From the NCBI RefSeq assembly GCF_964188315.1, contig NC_135667.1:27156001-27220000 (forward strand): DNA of 64,000 nt. Direction: 5' to 3'. Below the pieces are notes generated by a model. The model was not told where the DNA came from. It searched no databases and saw only the letters and a program-made list of their open reading frames with translations. This DNA comes from Podarcis muralis. Its lineage: Eukaryota. Position numbers and translations under genes: made by a program. The number at the start of each line of letters is the position of its first letter. Position 1 is the stretch's first letter. Below, one piece after another: positions 11,585-25,301 of the stretch.

Positions 11585-14500
11585 GTGATGGTGACTGTTG
11601 GCTAGTGGGAAATAGCTGCACCTCAGGGGGGAAATGAAAGCATGTCTGGACTGCACAGTTAGGCCAGTTTGACCACTGCTCTCCTCTGGGCAAGGAATCC
11701 TGGCAGCAGCCCCAGACAGCTGCTTTTGAGTGTCATGAAAGGGAGTGAATAGTTAAATTTGTTTAAATCGTATTTCTGCTTCCAGGGAAAGGGGTTTGTG
11801 TAGAATATGCTGCCTCAGGCGCCCCGAAAACTTGGCCAGTTTTCGGTGGGGAGCACCATTTGCAGCTCTTCTTCTTGCAGGAACATTTCTTGGGCTGGAT
11901 CCGGAAGAGATTGCGACTAAGGGCTTGTCCACACTTACCTTTCCTCGGCTCTTTCCAGGCATGGTTGGTGATTTAAAGCTTTGTGTCTGGGTGCCCTTCT
12001 TTTTGCTCCAGGGTTTTCTCTGTGAAAACTTGCTCTTCAGTGCTCAATCTGAGCCAACGCCAATCCAGGGGAAATCTGAATTCAGCTTTAAAAAGGAGAA
12101 GGTTTTTGCAGGAAAATCTTGTGGGGGACAGGACGGCTCAAACACAGAGCCTGTAAAGAGTGGGGCAAAAAGTATATAAAGTGTATAAGCCCCTTTTATC
12201 CTCTCTTTCTTCCCCGCTCTCACTTTTGATGTTGAAGTCCCAGACAAAATGCATGGTCGCATTGCTCAATTTTGCAAACTGTGCAAAAAAAAAAAAAAAG
12301 GCTTGCTAACTTGGGGCTGATCCACACTCCCACCCCCACCAAGTCTTCCCTGCAAAAACCCATTCTTTAAAGCTGAATCAGAGCAAGCATCAATCAGGGT
12401 TTTCTGTGGGTTGACGTTTGCTCCCATTGAGCACTAAAGAGCAGGCTTTCACAGGAAAAGCTCTGGAGCAAAATGAATAAATAAATGGGGTGGGGAGGCA
12501 CCTGGACACAGAGCTTCAAAGCACAGGCCTTGGCTGGAAAGAGTGGAGGAAAGGTAAGAGTGGATAAACCTTCAGCTGATGTTTGCAGAGCTCCCTGTTT
12601 TGTGCCAGTTCACTGACTGCCCAGGTGACTAGGGATCCACAGTGGCTTCTCAGCTCCAATTAGGTACATGGCTATACCTCAGGGGAGCTCTGGCCTACAG
12701 ATGTTCTGGACTCCAAATCCCATCTGGCCCAGACAGCATGGCCACTGATCAGAGATTATGGAAGCTGTCATGGAGGTCGGGAAGGGGTAAGAGGCAAGGA
12801 GAAGCAATTATCCTGTGGATGAACCATAATCCCAAGAGTCCATGCTTTCATTTTACAATAAAAAGTAAGTTTTGAGCATTTGTAGAACCTGAGAAATGAG
12901 GCCAGGCACTATACAGGCACTATTCTCATTTCTTTTGTGAGAAACTAGCGTGCCCCTGCCTTTCAATACAGTTTTCCGCTGAACAGTTACAGAAGTCATT
13001 GACATTTAGGAAAGGAGACCTAGCCAAGAAGACAAAGGGCACCTCTATCAATATTTGGGGGGAGGGATTCAAGAACATACTGGACCTTTTAAGTTTGCAC
13101 AATTAAAGTGGGTTAAAGGGCGCTGTTCGCAAAGTGCAACAAATCAACTTTTAAAAAGATTCACGCTTTTTGCAGCTTGGAAAGCGATGGAGAAAAACAT
13201 TGGAAAGTGTGGAATGAATTAGGGAATGGTTAAGGGGGAAATGTTAAAACACCTCACAAGAAAATCAGGATAAATGCAGAAGAACACCATTGAAAACACA
13301 ACTGGGAAAGCCTGCAAACACCCCATTCCGCCTCTTTTGTGATATTTTTGTGACATTTTTGGGTCACGTCCGGATTTGACGCAATGTGTGTATATACGGT
13401 TGCATGCATATTGAACACGCGTAAATGGGGAGTTGCCTGTATTTGAAGATATCCGTGCCTAAGGTTAGGAAGTAAGCGTCAATAAAAAACCTCACCTCTT
13501 TTCATGCTCTCTTTCAGATTTCCAGGCCGCCATTGAGGATGTCCTTCCCACTCTAAAGAATGAAGGAGTCCAAGTTTTCTTCCTAAGCGAAGACTCCCCA
13601 ACCGAGGGTGTGGAAGCTTTGCTTGGGCAGATCCAATCCAGCTCAGCCGAGCCTATGCCCATTTCCTTCAGAGCCAACATAACTGCTGAATCTACATCCC
13701 TGTATATTTTCACCTCTGGGACTACAGGTGAGGAGGGAAAAGGTCACAGTGATGGGTGAGGGGGGCAATTATGTCTGGAAATCCCATCTTCCTTCTACCT
13801 GCCCTACTTGTGTATGGGCTCATTAAGGGAGAGGTAGTGCCTTTGATAAGGGACGCGGGTGGCGCTGTGGGTTAAACCACACAGCCTAGGACTTGCTGAT
13901 CAGAAGGTCGGCAGTTCGAATCCCCGCGATGGGGTGAGCTTCCGTTGCTTGGTCTCAGCTCCTGCCAACCTAGCAGTTTGAAAGCACGTCAAAGTGCAAG
14001 TAGATAAATAGGTACTGCTCCGGCGGGAAGGTAAATGGCGTTTCCGTGCGCTGCTCTGGTTCACCAGAAGCGGTTTAGTCATGCTGGCCACATGACCCGG
14101 AAGCTGTACGCCGGCTCCCTCGGCCAATAAAGCAAAATGAGCGCTGCAACCCCAGAGACGGCCACGACTGGACCTAATGGTCAGGGGTCCCTTTACCTTT
14201 ACCTTAGTGCCTTTGATGGGGAATCTGTTTGCTCCTTCTGGGGTAGTTTGTCCCACCTTTGGTCCCCATCTTGCACTCAGCTCTCACCTGTGGGTCCTAG
14301 AATCTGTCAACATGGGAAGGAATGTATTGGGATCCCAGCATGTTACGCTTTCCCACTGGACGGAGTCATTTGTGTTTGTTAAATGAGCCCTTCTCTTTTT
14401 CCTCAAGGGCTACCGAAAGCTGCTATCCTTTCCCAGAGAAAGATGCTGATAGCATCCAACCTATCAGGCCACCTTGGGGCCTGCTCCAAGGACATCGTCT

Positions 14501-15709
14501 ACACCCCACTCCCACTGTACCACTCAGTTGCACTCTTAGTTGGGGTTGGAGGATGCCTGGAAGCTGGTATGTATGGAATGTCCACTCACACGCCTCCTCT
14601 GCAAGTGGGTGATAGGCAGAGATGGGTTGATAAGTGCATAGATAGATAGACATACACACATCCATGAATGCAGATGTACTCTCAAGTTAGACTAAGAGAC
14701 TGGCCCAAGATCACCCAGTGATCTTCAGGGCGAGTGGGGACCAGAGCCCTGGTCTCCCGGGTCCTAGTCTGATGCTCTAACCACTACACCACACAACCTC
14801 TCTCCACATAGGATCCTTCCTCACCACATATTTGCACTTTATACATTGAAAACACCTGCCACCATTTAATTCTGAACATTCTTTCATCCACCCATGGGAA
14901 GAAGCGGACCAGGAAACCTATGTGTGAAAGTCAAACATATTCAGGCTGTGTACCTAACGTGATTTTAAAGCGCACTGCTCCCCTGCGCCAAAGAACCATG
15001 AGAACTGTAGTTTACCCCTTACAGAGCTACAGTTCCCAACCTCCTTAACGAAATCCTCGAGCCCTGTTTCAGCTGCTGTCTGGCTCAAGAAGCAAGGAGG
15101 CTTTTGTATCTGTGAGGATTCACTGCACATTTAGAGCCAATCCCTTAGTTGCTGCAGTTTGCCCCATCTGAAAGTTTCCAAACACTTTCCAGAGGCAGCC
15201 CAACATATGTCTTACATTGCAATAATATAATGCATGGCACTTAGAACTGCATCTGCCTATACCAGTGCTCACAACAAGGCCACACCTAAGCCACTCTCTC
15301 TCTTTATTCCCACAAGGGTCTACATGTGTCTTGAGACCTAAGTTTTCCGTTTCTGAGTTCTGGAATGACTGCAGACGATATCGCGTCTCCCTGATCCTGT
15401 ATGTGGGAGAAATGATGCGCTACCTGTGTAATGTGAAAAAGGTAATCATTGGCGAGAGAGGCCAGTTTTGTTGTTGCGGCAAAAATGTTGCCAAGAATTC
15501 AGATGGATTGTCCAATTGGATTCAAAGCTGAATCCAAAAATATAGGTGGGGGCTGCACCTAGAGGTCAAAGTCAAGAGCCCCACACAGCCCAGGGGGCTC
15601 GCAAATGACCACCTGGAGAACACCCATCTTCTTTTCTCATTGTTTTTTTTAAAATTCATTTTATTGCCGAGGAACAGCTGGTGAAGCAGGTACACAGTTG
15701 CAGGCACTC

Positions 15710-15757
<48 letters not shown>

Positions 15758-18700
15758 ATTTAAAAATATCTTCATCCTTTTCTAGGCAGCAGTGCCCCTA
15801 GTGAATGCCATCCCATCTCCAAAAAACAAACAAACAAACAAACAAACACCTCAAATGCTCCAGAAGCTGCATCAATTTCCAGGGTAGTTTATGGCCCTGT
15901 CAGTTTCTTTTGCTTGGTTTTTAAAAGAAGGCCCATGGGCCCTGGCAGCTACCTGAGAACCAGAATTGGAAACCATGGTTTGGAAACCTTTGGTGACACT
16001 GGTTGCCTTCTATCTGTGGCACAGCATGTAAATTGTGAGATTTGTTCCTGCAAGAGCCAGTGAAGGCCGCCAACTTGGGTAGGCAAATTCTGCTGTTGCG
16101 TTCTCTTGCTGCTTGTTGGCTTCCCACAGGTATCTAACAGATCAAGATAATAATCATAATAATCATAATAATAATTTATTATTTATTCCCCGCCCATCTG
16201 GCTGGGCCTCCCCAGCCACTCTGGGTGGCTTCCAACAAAATATTAAAATACAGTAATGCATCAAACATTAAAAGCTTCCCTAAACAGGGCTGCCTTCAGA
16301 TGTCTTCTAAAACAGTGTTTCCCAACCGGTGTTCCGCGGCACACTAGTGTTCCGCGAGATGTTCCCTTGTGTGCCGCGGCGGCGGCGGCTGCTACTGCAA
16401 AGCAGGGAGAGAAGGAGGCGGCGGCGGCGGCGGGGAGCCGGGCAGGGAAGTTGCTGCTGGGGATGAAGAGGCGGCGGCAGCGGGAGGCGGACTTCTCTCC
16501 CTCTCTGGTGCTGCTGCTGTGAGGCGCTTGCCAGCCCACCGGCCCCTCCTGAGCGGGATATGGGTGGGCGGACGGGGTGGGTGGGGGAGAGGCGCCGGGC
16601 CCGCCTCGTGCCCTGACAGGAGCTGCCGCTGCGCCCGCCGGCGCCCTTGACGTGGCGCCCCTCATGCCGCCTCGAGAGGCGTTGGGGGGCAGCGAGACTC
16701 TGCCGGGCCCTGCCCCTCACTCTGCGCTCGGCTTCAGGGCTGTCTTGTGAGGGGGCGGCGGGAAAAGACTCTGAGGAGCAGTGGCGTAGCGTGGGGGGTG
16801 CAGGGGGGGCCGGCAGCACCGGGCGCAACTTCTGGGGGGGGGGGTGCGCTCGCTGCCTCCGGAGTCGCCGAAGAGCCGCCGCCGCCTGCCATGCCGCCCT
16901 GGCTGCTTCAGCCGCGTCCGACAGCCGGCTCGAGGCTCCTTCCGGCCGGGTCTCCCGACGGGGCGCTGCGGGCGGAGGCTCCGGCACCAAGCGCCACGCC
17001 GCCCAGGCTCGGGTCGCTGTGTGGACGCGCGCAGCCCGCCAAACGTGCCACCGGCGGCGAATGAAGCGCCCAGCCGGAGCCACCTGCGCTCTAGTGCCTG
17101 CGCGCCAAGACTGCCCACCCGCCCCGACAGGGCCCGCCCACCCGCGCCGGAGGCCGGCCAACGCACTGGCCCCAGCGCCAGAAAGAAGCCCCCTCCCCGT
17201 ACCAGAAAGAAGCCGCGTCGGGGCTAGCCGGGCCGGGGAGGGAGACCGAGAAGGCTGCGCCGCGACGCCCAAAGACGCGCGTCTTGGCGCAAAGGGGCCC
17301 GCGGCACCCAGGCGCGGAAGGGACCCTCTCCCCCTGACCCGCCACTGAACTGCAATTCCCAGCTCCCTTGGCAAATCCCAGTCCCCAATCCCCAAGATGC
17401 TTTATTTGAGGCAGGGGTCCTTTAATTGCAAAAACAACACCACGGAGGGCAGTAGTCACCACGAAGTTTGCCCCAGAGTAGAGCCGTCAGTATTAATGAC
17501 CATGGTAAGGGGTTAGGGGGCGCAAATTACTTGCCTTGCCCCGGGTGCTGACAACCCACGCTACGCCACTGGTCATCGGCTCCGGTTGTTACCTTTCTCC
17601 GCCGAGGTCGGTGGACCTTGCGCCCGGTGGACATGAGCCAACAGTGTGACGCGGCAGCTAAAAAAGCCAATGCAATTCTGGGCTGCATCAATAGGAGTAT
17701 AGCATCTAGATCAAGGGAAGTAATAGTGCCACTGTATTCTGCTCTGGTCAGACCTCACCTGGAGTACTGTGTCCAGTTCTGGGCACCATAGTTCAAGAAG
17801 GACACTGACAAACTGGAACGTGTCCAGAGGAGGGCAACCAAAATGATCAAAGGCCTGGAAACGATGCCTTATGAGGAACGGCTAAGGGAGCTGGGCATGT
17901 TTAGCCTGGAGAAGAGGAGGTTAAGGGGTGATATGATAGCCATGTTCAAATATATAAAAGGATGTCACATAGAGGAGGGAGAAAGGTTGTTTTCTGCTGC
18001 TCCAGAGAAGCGGACACGGAGCAATGGATCCAAACTACAAGAAAGAAGATTCCACCTAAACATTAGGAAGAACTTCCTGTCAGTAAGAGCTGTTCGACAG
18101 TGGAATTTGCTGCCAAGGAGTGTGGTGGAGTCTCCTTCTTTGGAGGTCTTTAAGCAGAGGCTTGACAACCATATGTCAGGAGTGCTCTGATGGTGTTTCC
18201 TGCTTGGCAGGGGGTTGGACTCGATGGCCCTTGTGGTCTCTTCCAACTCTATGATTCTATGATTCTATGACCCCGAGCCTAGGCTTCCTTCCCGCACCCC
18301 GCTTTCCGAAGACCGCACACCAGTTGGGCCAGTACATATTCCCCTCCCGTGACTGGAGCGGAATAGCCCTTTCTCTTCTTCCCCAACCCTTGTCGTTGGA
18401 GGAGTCCCTCAGTCCCTCGCTTTGCTGCCTCCTCCCCCCCCACCCCCAAAGCTTGGAGGTTCCCCGGCAAGGGGGAGGGAAAAAAATTGAAAGTTACACT
18501 TTCGTGCGTCCCTCCCGGCGTGACGCTGCGCGCTGACGTCACGGGGCTGTAATGGTGGTGTGCCTCGAGATTTTTTTCATCAAACAAGTGTGCCTTTGCC
18601 CAAAAAAGGTTGGGAAACACTGTTCTAAAAGTCTGGTAGTTGTCGTTCTCTTTGACATCTGGTGGGAGGGCGTTCCACAGGGCAGGTGCCACTACCGAGA

Positions 18701-21700
18701 AGGCCCTCTGCCTGGTTCCCTGTAACTTGGCTTCTCACAGTGAGGGAACCGCCAGAAGGCCCTCAGCGCTGGACCTCAGTGTCCAGATAGAACGATGGGG
18801 GTGGAGACGCTCCTTCAGATATTCTGGACTGAGGCCGTTTAGGTGTTGTACCAGGTGGGCCACTGCCCTGATTCAAGGCTATTCTTATGGCATACTGTTT
18901 AAATAACAGCCCCTTAGCTGCAGTCTGAACCAGGTGAATTTTCCAAAGAGCCTTCCTAGGAAGCCATTCACAGAGCACATTTCATTAACCTGACATGTTT
19001 GTTGTCAGGAGGACTGGAAGCCGGCACTGGTCAGTGTGGCGTCATTGTTAGAGTGTTGGACTATGACCTTGGAGACGGAGGTTCGAATCCTCACTCAGCC
19101 ATGAAGCTAACTGGATGACCTTGAGCCAGTCACGATCTCTTAGCCTAACCTACCTCACGGGATTGTTGTGAAGATTAAATGGGGAGGAAGAGAACCAAGT
19201 ACATCACCTTGAGATCCTTGGAAGATAAAGGCGGCATAGAATATTTTATTAAGGATTTTCTTGTTTTACAGAAGTGTTAAAGGTGGCATAGAAATGTATA
19301 ATGATAATAAATATTAGCAAAGTTTATTTAGTTCAGCAGCGACCCCTCTGACATGCTGCTTTGCAGACAGACAGAGACCGAGACCACTGTGTGCGAATGG
19401 CAATAGGCAACGGCATGCGTGCGGACGTCTGGAAGGAGTTCCTGCACCGATTTGGACCCGTCCAAATCTATGAGATCTATGGAGCGACAGAGGGGAACGT
19501 CGGGTTTTTTAACACCACAGGAAAAGTCGGAGCTGTGGGAAGGTCCCACTTCCTCTACAAGGTAATGAGAACTAAACTAGAATATCTCAGCAAACCCATA
19601 GCTACCTGAAACCCTGTTTAGATATACATTCTTATCTAGATATACATTTTTATCTAGATCTTATCTAACCCCTGGATGGTTAAGTCCAATCAAAGGTGAC
19701 TATGAGGTGCAGCACTCACCTCGCTTTCCAGACTGAGGGAGACGCTGTTTCGGCTGCAGACAGCTTTCCGGGTCATGTGGTCAGCACGACTAAACCACTA
19801 CTGGCACACAGAGCACTCTATTCACAGGGCATGTCAGGACTGACCACCTCTCCTCTCAGACAGCTAGAAAGCAGTAGAGAGAATGCAACACGAAGGTGAA
19901 GCAAGATAAAAGCCAACAGAAGGGGAAAGTACAGGGAAAGGTACCAAGAATTTTGTCAACAACCCCCAAGCAAAAATGTAAGACTTGGAAAGATAGTTTG
20001 TTGGCATAGTGCAGCCTCCGCAGTGCGAGTTGCCCACTGCCCAGCTGTTCCTGCTGAGGTTCAAGCCTGATCTCGTCCATTATGCCACTCAACGAATCAG
20101 TAGCAAAGAGGGGCATGGCTGCCAAGCCACACTGCCAACAGACAAAGAAGCAGCTCCCTTCTTCCAGTGGCACCTTGCTGCATTTCCTTACTGTGTGCCG
20201 AGAAAGGGAAACCCTTTTCTCAGAACTCCGCAAGGAAGCATGTCTGGTGAGGCATTTGGGCATGTGTATATCTGGATTTGCGCCCGTCCACTTTGGGCTT
20301 TGCCCCCCAACAACAGCACATCATTAAACTCGAATGAGGCAATGCAGGCAAAAAAGAGGTTCTCTGCCCCTGAGCTTCAGCTGCTACCAGGAGTACACTA
20401 ACCAGTGAGGTAGAGCAGCAATGTGCTGGATTTAGACCAGGGTTGAGGCACCCTTGGCTCTCCAGATGTTGATGAAGTATAACTCCCATCAGCCCTGGCA
20501 AGCATGGTCAATGGCCAGGGGTGGTGGCTGCAGTTCATTCAGCGACACCTGGAGGACCAAAGGTTCTCAATACCTGGTTTAGATCAAGGAGGCCAGACTC
20601 AAATCTCTGCTCAGCTGCAAAGATGAGCTTGGCTCAGCTGCTGTTTCTCAGTCCAACCTACCTCACAGAGGCCTTTAGGCCTTCAGGTATTGTTGTGCTT
20701 CCTAGATGAGCTCTATGGTTTGTCTTTTATGGTTTTATGTACAATTGTTGTAAACTGATTTAAATTTTTTTAAAAAATGAATTAGCAGTAATGTTCCCTT
20801 GGGTCATTCATAAAATATATTCCAGTCCATGTTCAGACTTGAATTTCAGCCTTGTGGGATCATGTCTCCATTTCCTGCTTGTTCCACCTCAGAAACTGGC
20901 AAAGTACGAAATCATCAAGTATGACGTTGACAAGGATGAGCCTGTGAGAGGCAAGAACGGACATTGCATCCCAGTGACTCCAGGTAAGCCAATAAAGTTG
21001 GCATTCAGAGAGGAACTGGGCTTTGTATTGTCAGAGTCCTAACTCACAAGAAGGTACTGTACATGGACTCTAGACTGTGGAAATTGCTCACATCTCTCCC
21101 AGCAAGAAAAATGGCAGAGTCCCTTCTTCACACATAGAACAGAAGAAGAATCATCGAAAGAGGAAGTGTGAGCCACTCCTGCTTTGTGTTAAATGTGAAG
21201 AGTCTTCATCCATCCCTTCAGGGGCACCAGAAGGGGTGGATGCATCTGTCAGTTTCAACTTCAGTTTCTCATTTTTCCAGTCTTAGGTTGCTTCCTGTTT
21301 AATGAGCGTTCATCCAGTTTTGTTTGCAGGGAGATTAGATGCCATTGGTTATTTAATTCATCCTTATTTATTTGCAGGGATGTTAGATGACATTGCATCA
21401 AAGCCAGCTTAAATCTTCACTTTCTAGTCCATTTCCCCCATTCCTTTCCTTTGTGCAAAAAGTTCAATATTTGTGGAAAGCAGGTTTGTTGCACAAGACC
21501 TCCTATAATTCCACAGACTGAATTTGTTGGTATGTGATTGAATCCTACCTGAAAATAGGANNNNNNNNNNNNNNNNNNNNNNNNNNNNNNNNNNNNNNNN
21601 NNNNNNNNNNNNNNNNNNNNNNNNNNNNNNNNNNNNNNNNNNNNNNNNNNNNNNNNNNNNNNNNNNNNNNNNNNNNNNNNNNNNNNNNNNNNNNNNNNNN

Positions 21701-24700
21701 NNNATTTGTTTCTTCTATTGTACACATGATTGTGTGGGATTTCCCCTAATATTCACATTTTGGAAAGGAATTTTTTGTAACATAATGAGTTTCTGGCCTG
21801 TCTTGAATCTACTGCTCAGGGATTTCACAGGGTGGCCCAACTGAGGCCAGCATCCTGCCGAATCAGCATATTCTGCAGCAATCAGGTGTGGCGATGTGCT
21901 TCACCCGATTTAGGGACGAATGCCTGAGGAAACAGTGTCTTAAAGCAGAGTCACTCGCATGTGCTCCCTTGCTGTGCATTCTGACAGCTGCTAGAGATGC
22001 CAGCAGTGGCAGATGTCAGTGGCAGCAAGGAGAACGGTAGGAAGGCTGGTCCCCAGTAGCATTGGCTGCCTCCCACCGGAAGCACCCAGAGGCAGTCGTC
22101 TTGCCCGTGGTTCTTTGTTGGAGGATGAATATTATGGTAGTTGATTCAGCTTCATTTCCTTTTCTTTTCCCAGGTGAGACAGGCTTGTTTGTGTCCAAAA
22201 TCACTGGGCTTGCCCCGTTCTATGGCTACGCTGGAGACCGACAGAAGTCGGAGAAGAAGATTCTCCGGGATGTTTTCACCAAAGGAGACTGCTACTTCAA
22301 TAGCGGCGACCTTCTGATGGAAGACCAAGAAGGCTTTCTATATTTCAAGGACCGGGTAGGAGATACTTTCCGGTGAGTCCCGCCACACAGGTTCTGCAGC
22401 TTATATTCTGACAAATGTAGAACAGGCAGTCAGCACCAGTGTTTCATTAGCATAGGTAGCATTCACAAATGCTGGCTTGTGTAGGGCAGTGGCTCAGAGT
22501 GTCATGAAGCATCTAGTTCAAATCTCACCACCTTTGTCCCCAGGTGTAATTTGGGTATAATAAGGTTCACTTATCTTGTTATTGCAAGGTGGGGATGGGA
22601 AACCTATAATCCTGCAGGGATTGCTGTACTACAGATCACATCTTCCCTGACCACTGGCCACGCTGGTTGAGGTTGATGGGAGCTGAGGTCCAGCCAGATC
22701 TGGAAAGCCACAGGCTCCCTATTGTCGCCGTAAGGATCGCAACAAGATCTTGTAAGTGAAGAGCTCTGAATGATTAAAACCAGTATCCAAATACTAATAA
22801 GTAATTTTATCTCATTATTGATAACAAAATATCTAGTCCATCCTTCGTCAATGGCTAGTCACTGCTTCAATGAATATGACTGGATCTACGTACTTTTGCT
22901 CTTTTGCTTATTGGGTTTTTTAGATGCTTGTTCATTGTATTATAGGTTTGGTTGTTTTGATACTGTTGTTAGTCGCCCGGGCTATTCTAAATAAATAGCA
23001 GGAAAGGAAGATGCACTTAAATAAGGAAGATCCCAGGGTGCGTTACAAGGCAATAATACAGTAAGGGCCCCTCTAGACCGGTGTTTCTTCGTGGATATAT
23101 TCTGCACAATGACATTGGTACAATAATAGCGCATTAGTGGTGGGGATTTATACTGGACCATCCGCACATCATTTTGCTTTATGAGTTGTTCTGTGATGCT
23201 TCCCCGACGTTAATGCATCACCTGGAAGGGATCCAGCAAAAACTGCACTCTGCCAAGCATTTGTGGCATTAAAGGTTACTGGATTAGAAGCAGGAAGTTA
23301 TGGGAGCTTTAACAGTTGGGAACAAAGCCCTGTGTCCTCCCTGAAACTTTTGAAGGCACAAACAGTATTGAAAGAGGGAGCATGTATAACTGCCCTGATA
23401 CCGTCATGAGCACAAAGTATGTATACAATTAAAAGGGTGTTTGGAGGGCCCCCAAAACAACCGCTATATCAAACCAACACAGCACAATATAAGCAGGCAA
23501 GGACGCAGCGTTCGAAAACACCAAGGAACCACAAACTGGCCTCCTCGCTTGCGCCAATGACAAAATTCCCGATTATGAACGAAAGGAGAGATGTTCACTT
23601 TTACCAAACCCATCTGGGAATAATCTGTTTTGTCCATGCAGCTGGAAAGGGGAAAACGTGGCCACCACGGAAGTGGAGAACATCCTGGCACCACTGAGAT
23701 TCATCCAGGAAGTCAATGTCTATGGGGTACCAGTGCCAGGTGGGTCTGAAATTCCATTGGATCAAAACCCGTCTTTCTGCTGCCACATTTAGCGTCCAAA
23801 TATATGGCAAGATTATTCGCTCACCAGCAACAAGGTTCAGTTGCTCACGAACGGCTGCAGCTCTTGGGTCATTTGGATTCTGTGAACCGATTTGTGAAAG
23901 GCTGGTAGCAGATACCCCCAGACTGCAACTGAATCACTCTTGCAATATAGTGGTCACGCCCACAACATACATTTAAAGAAGCCTATGTTTAAAGAGTCCG
24001 TGTGGTGTAGTGGCTAGAATGCTGGACTAGGAGCTGGGAGACCAGGGTTCAAATCCCCACTCAGTCATGAAGCTCACTGAAGTGACCTTGGGCCAGTCTC
24101 TCACTCTCAGCCTCACTTACCTCAAAGGGCTGTTGTGAGGATAAAATGGGGAGGAGGTGAAGCTTGTTCACTGCCTTCAGCTTCTTAGAGGAAAGGTGGG
24201 ATAGAAATGAAACAAACAAAACATTTAACACACACTTAAAGCACATGGCTTCCTCAAGGAATCCTGGGAAATGCAATCTGTTAGGGGTTCCAGGAATTGT
24301 AGTTCCCGGGATTCTTGGGAGGGGGAGGAATCATAGAATCAACAAATTGTAGAGTTGGAAGGGAACACGAGAGTCATCTAGTCCGACCCCCTCCAACGCA
24401 GGAAGCTTTTACCCAACGTGGGGCTCGAACCCATGACCCTGAGATGAAGAGTCTCATGCTCTACCGAAGTGTGTTTTCAGTGTACCATGTGGAAATGTGA
24501 CAATCTGGAGGCAGTCCTGCAGCTCTGTGCTGGTTGTGAAGGAAAGGTCCTTGTTTTCCTCCATGGCTAGCTCAAAAACCAAAGTGGTCAATGTAGAAAA
24601 TCCAAAAAAAATTTGGAAAAAGGAAAAGATCAGAAGAACAAGAAGCTGGATCATTCATATGGCAGGGTAAGTCTGTGTGAACTGGAGTGTTTTTAGCTAG

Positions 24701-25248
24701 CCAGTCCACAGCTGTTCTAGGTGCATTCATTTACATGTGACATGGCTTTCCACACACACCGCCAACCGGTCCCTTCTGGTTTGTTCCAGGCCATGAAGGA
24801 AAGACTGGGATGGCTGCAATCTGCCTTAAGAAGGGGCACTCCTTTGACGGGCAGAAGCTGTATGCGCACGCCAAGGATCTCCTGCCAGCCTATGCCATAC
24901 CTCGCTTCGTTCGCATCCAGGTACGATCCCTTCTTGTCACTTTCCTCCCTGTGCTTGCTGCCTTGAGAAACCCCATAGGTCAGCCTCCTACCCTGGGAAT
25001 TCTTCCCTTCCCTGCCTCTCACACTTCATCAGCCATCCATCACCTTCTTGCTCAGCTGTTTCTCAATCAATGAAGCACCAGGGGGCAAGACCATGCGGAG
25101 AGGAGGCTGGCTGGGTACAATATGTCTTTGTGAGCCTGTGCATGAATGGGCATGTGTGTTTGAGAGAGTGTGGGGCACGGATTCCTCTATAGTGTCCTTT
25201 CCTGACTTTTTGGCTGTTTCCTAATCAGAGGAGCAGCAAGGGGAGGGG

Positions 25249-25301
<53 letters not shown>

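Larger units (their letters stand above)
16313..18622. mobile_element. non-autonomous hAT (Charlie-type) element with GC-rich cargo
   Basis: Perfect 15-bp TIRs CAGTGTTTCCCAACC; 8-bp TSD TTCTAAAA at 16305-16312 and 18623-18630. Confidence 0.92.
16146..18843 (-). mobile_element. L2-type LINE 3' end (16146-16312 + 18631-18843) split by the hAT element
   Basis: (AAT)n tail followed by squamate L2-like 3' sequence that is continuous across the TSD. Confidence 0.65.

Noticed and set aside
16256-17462. Long overlapping ORFs (e.g. 16307..17395, 16647..17348)
   Set aside because: Ala/Arg/Gly/Pro low-complexity products of very GC-rich DNA open in several frames, inside a TIR-bounded element; no recognisable domain.
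21417-21749. ORFs spanning the N run
   Set aside because: Artefacts of the assembly gap.
24414-24475. tRNA-Lys(CTT)-like sequence (also 49210-49285)
   Set aside because: Incomplete or mutated cloverleaf fused to a CR1-type tail: a SINE head, not a tRNA gene.
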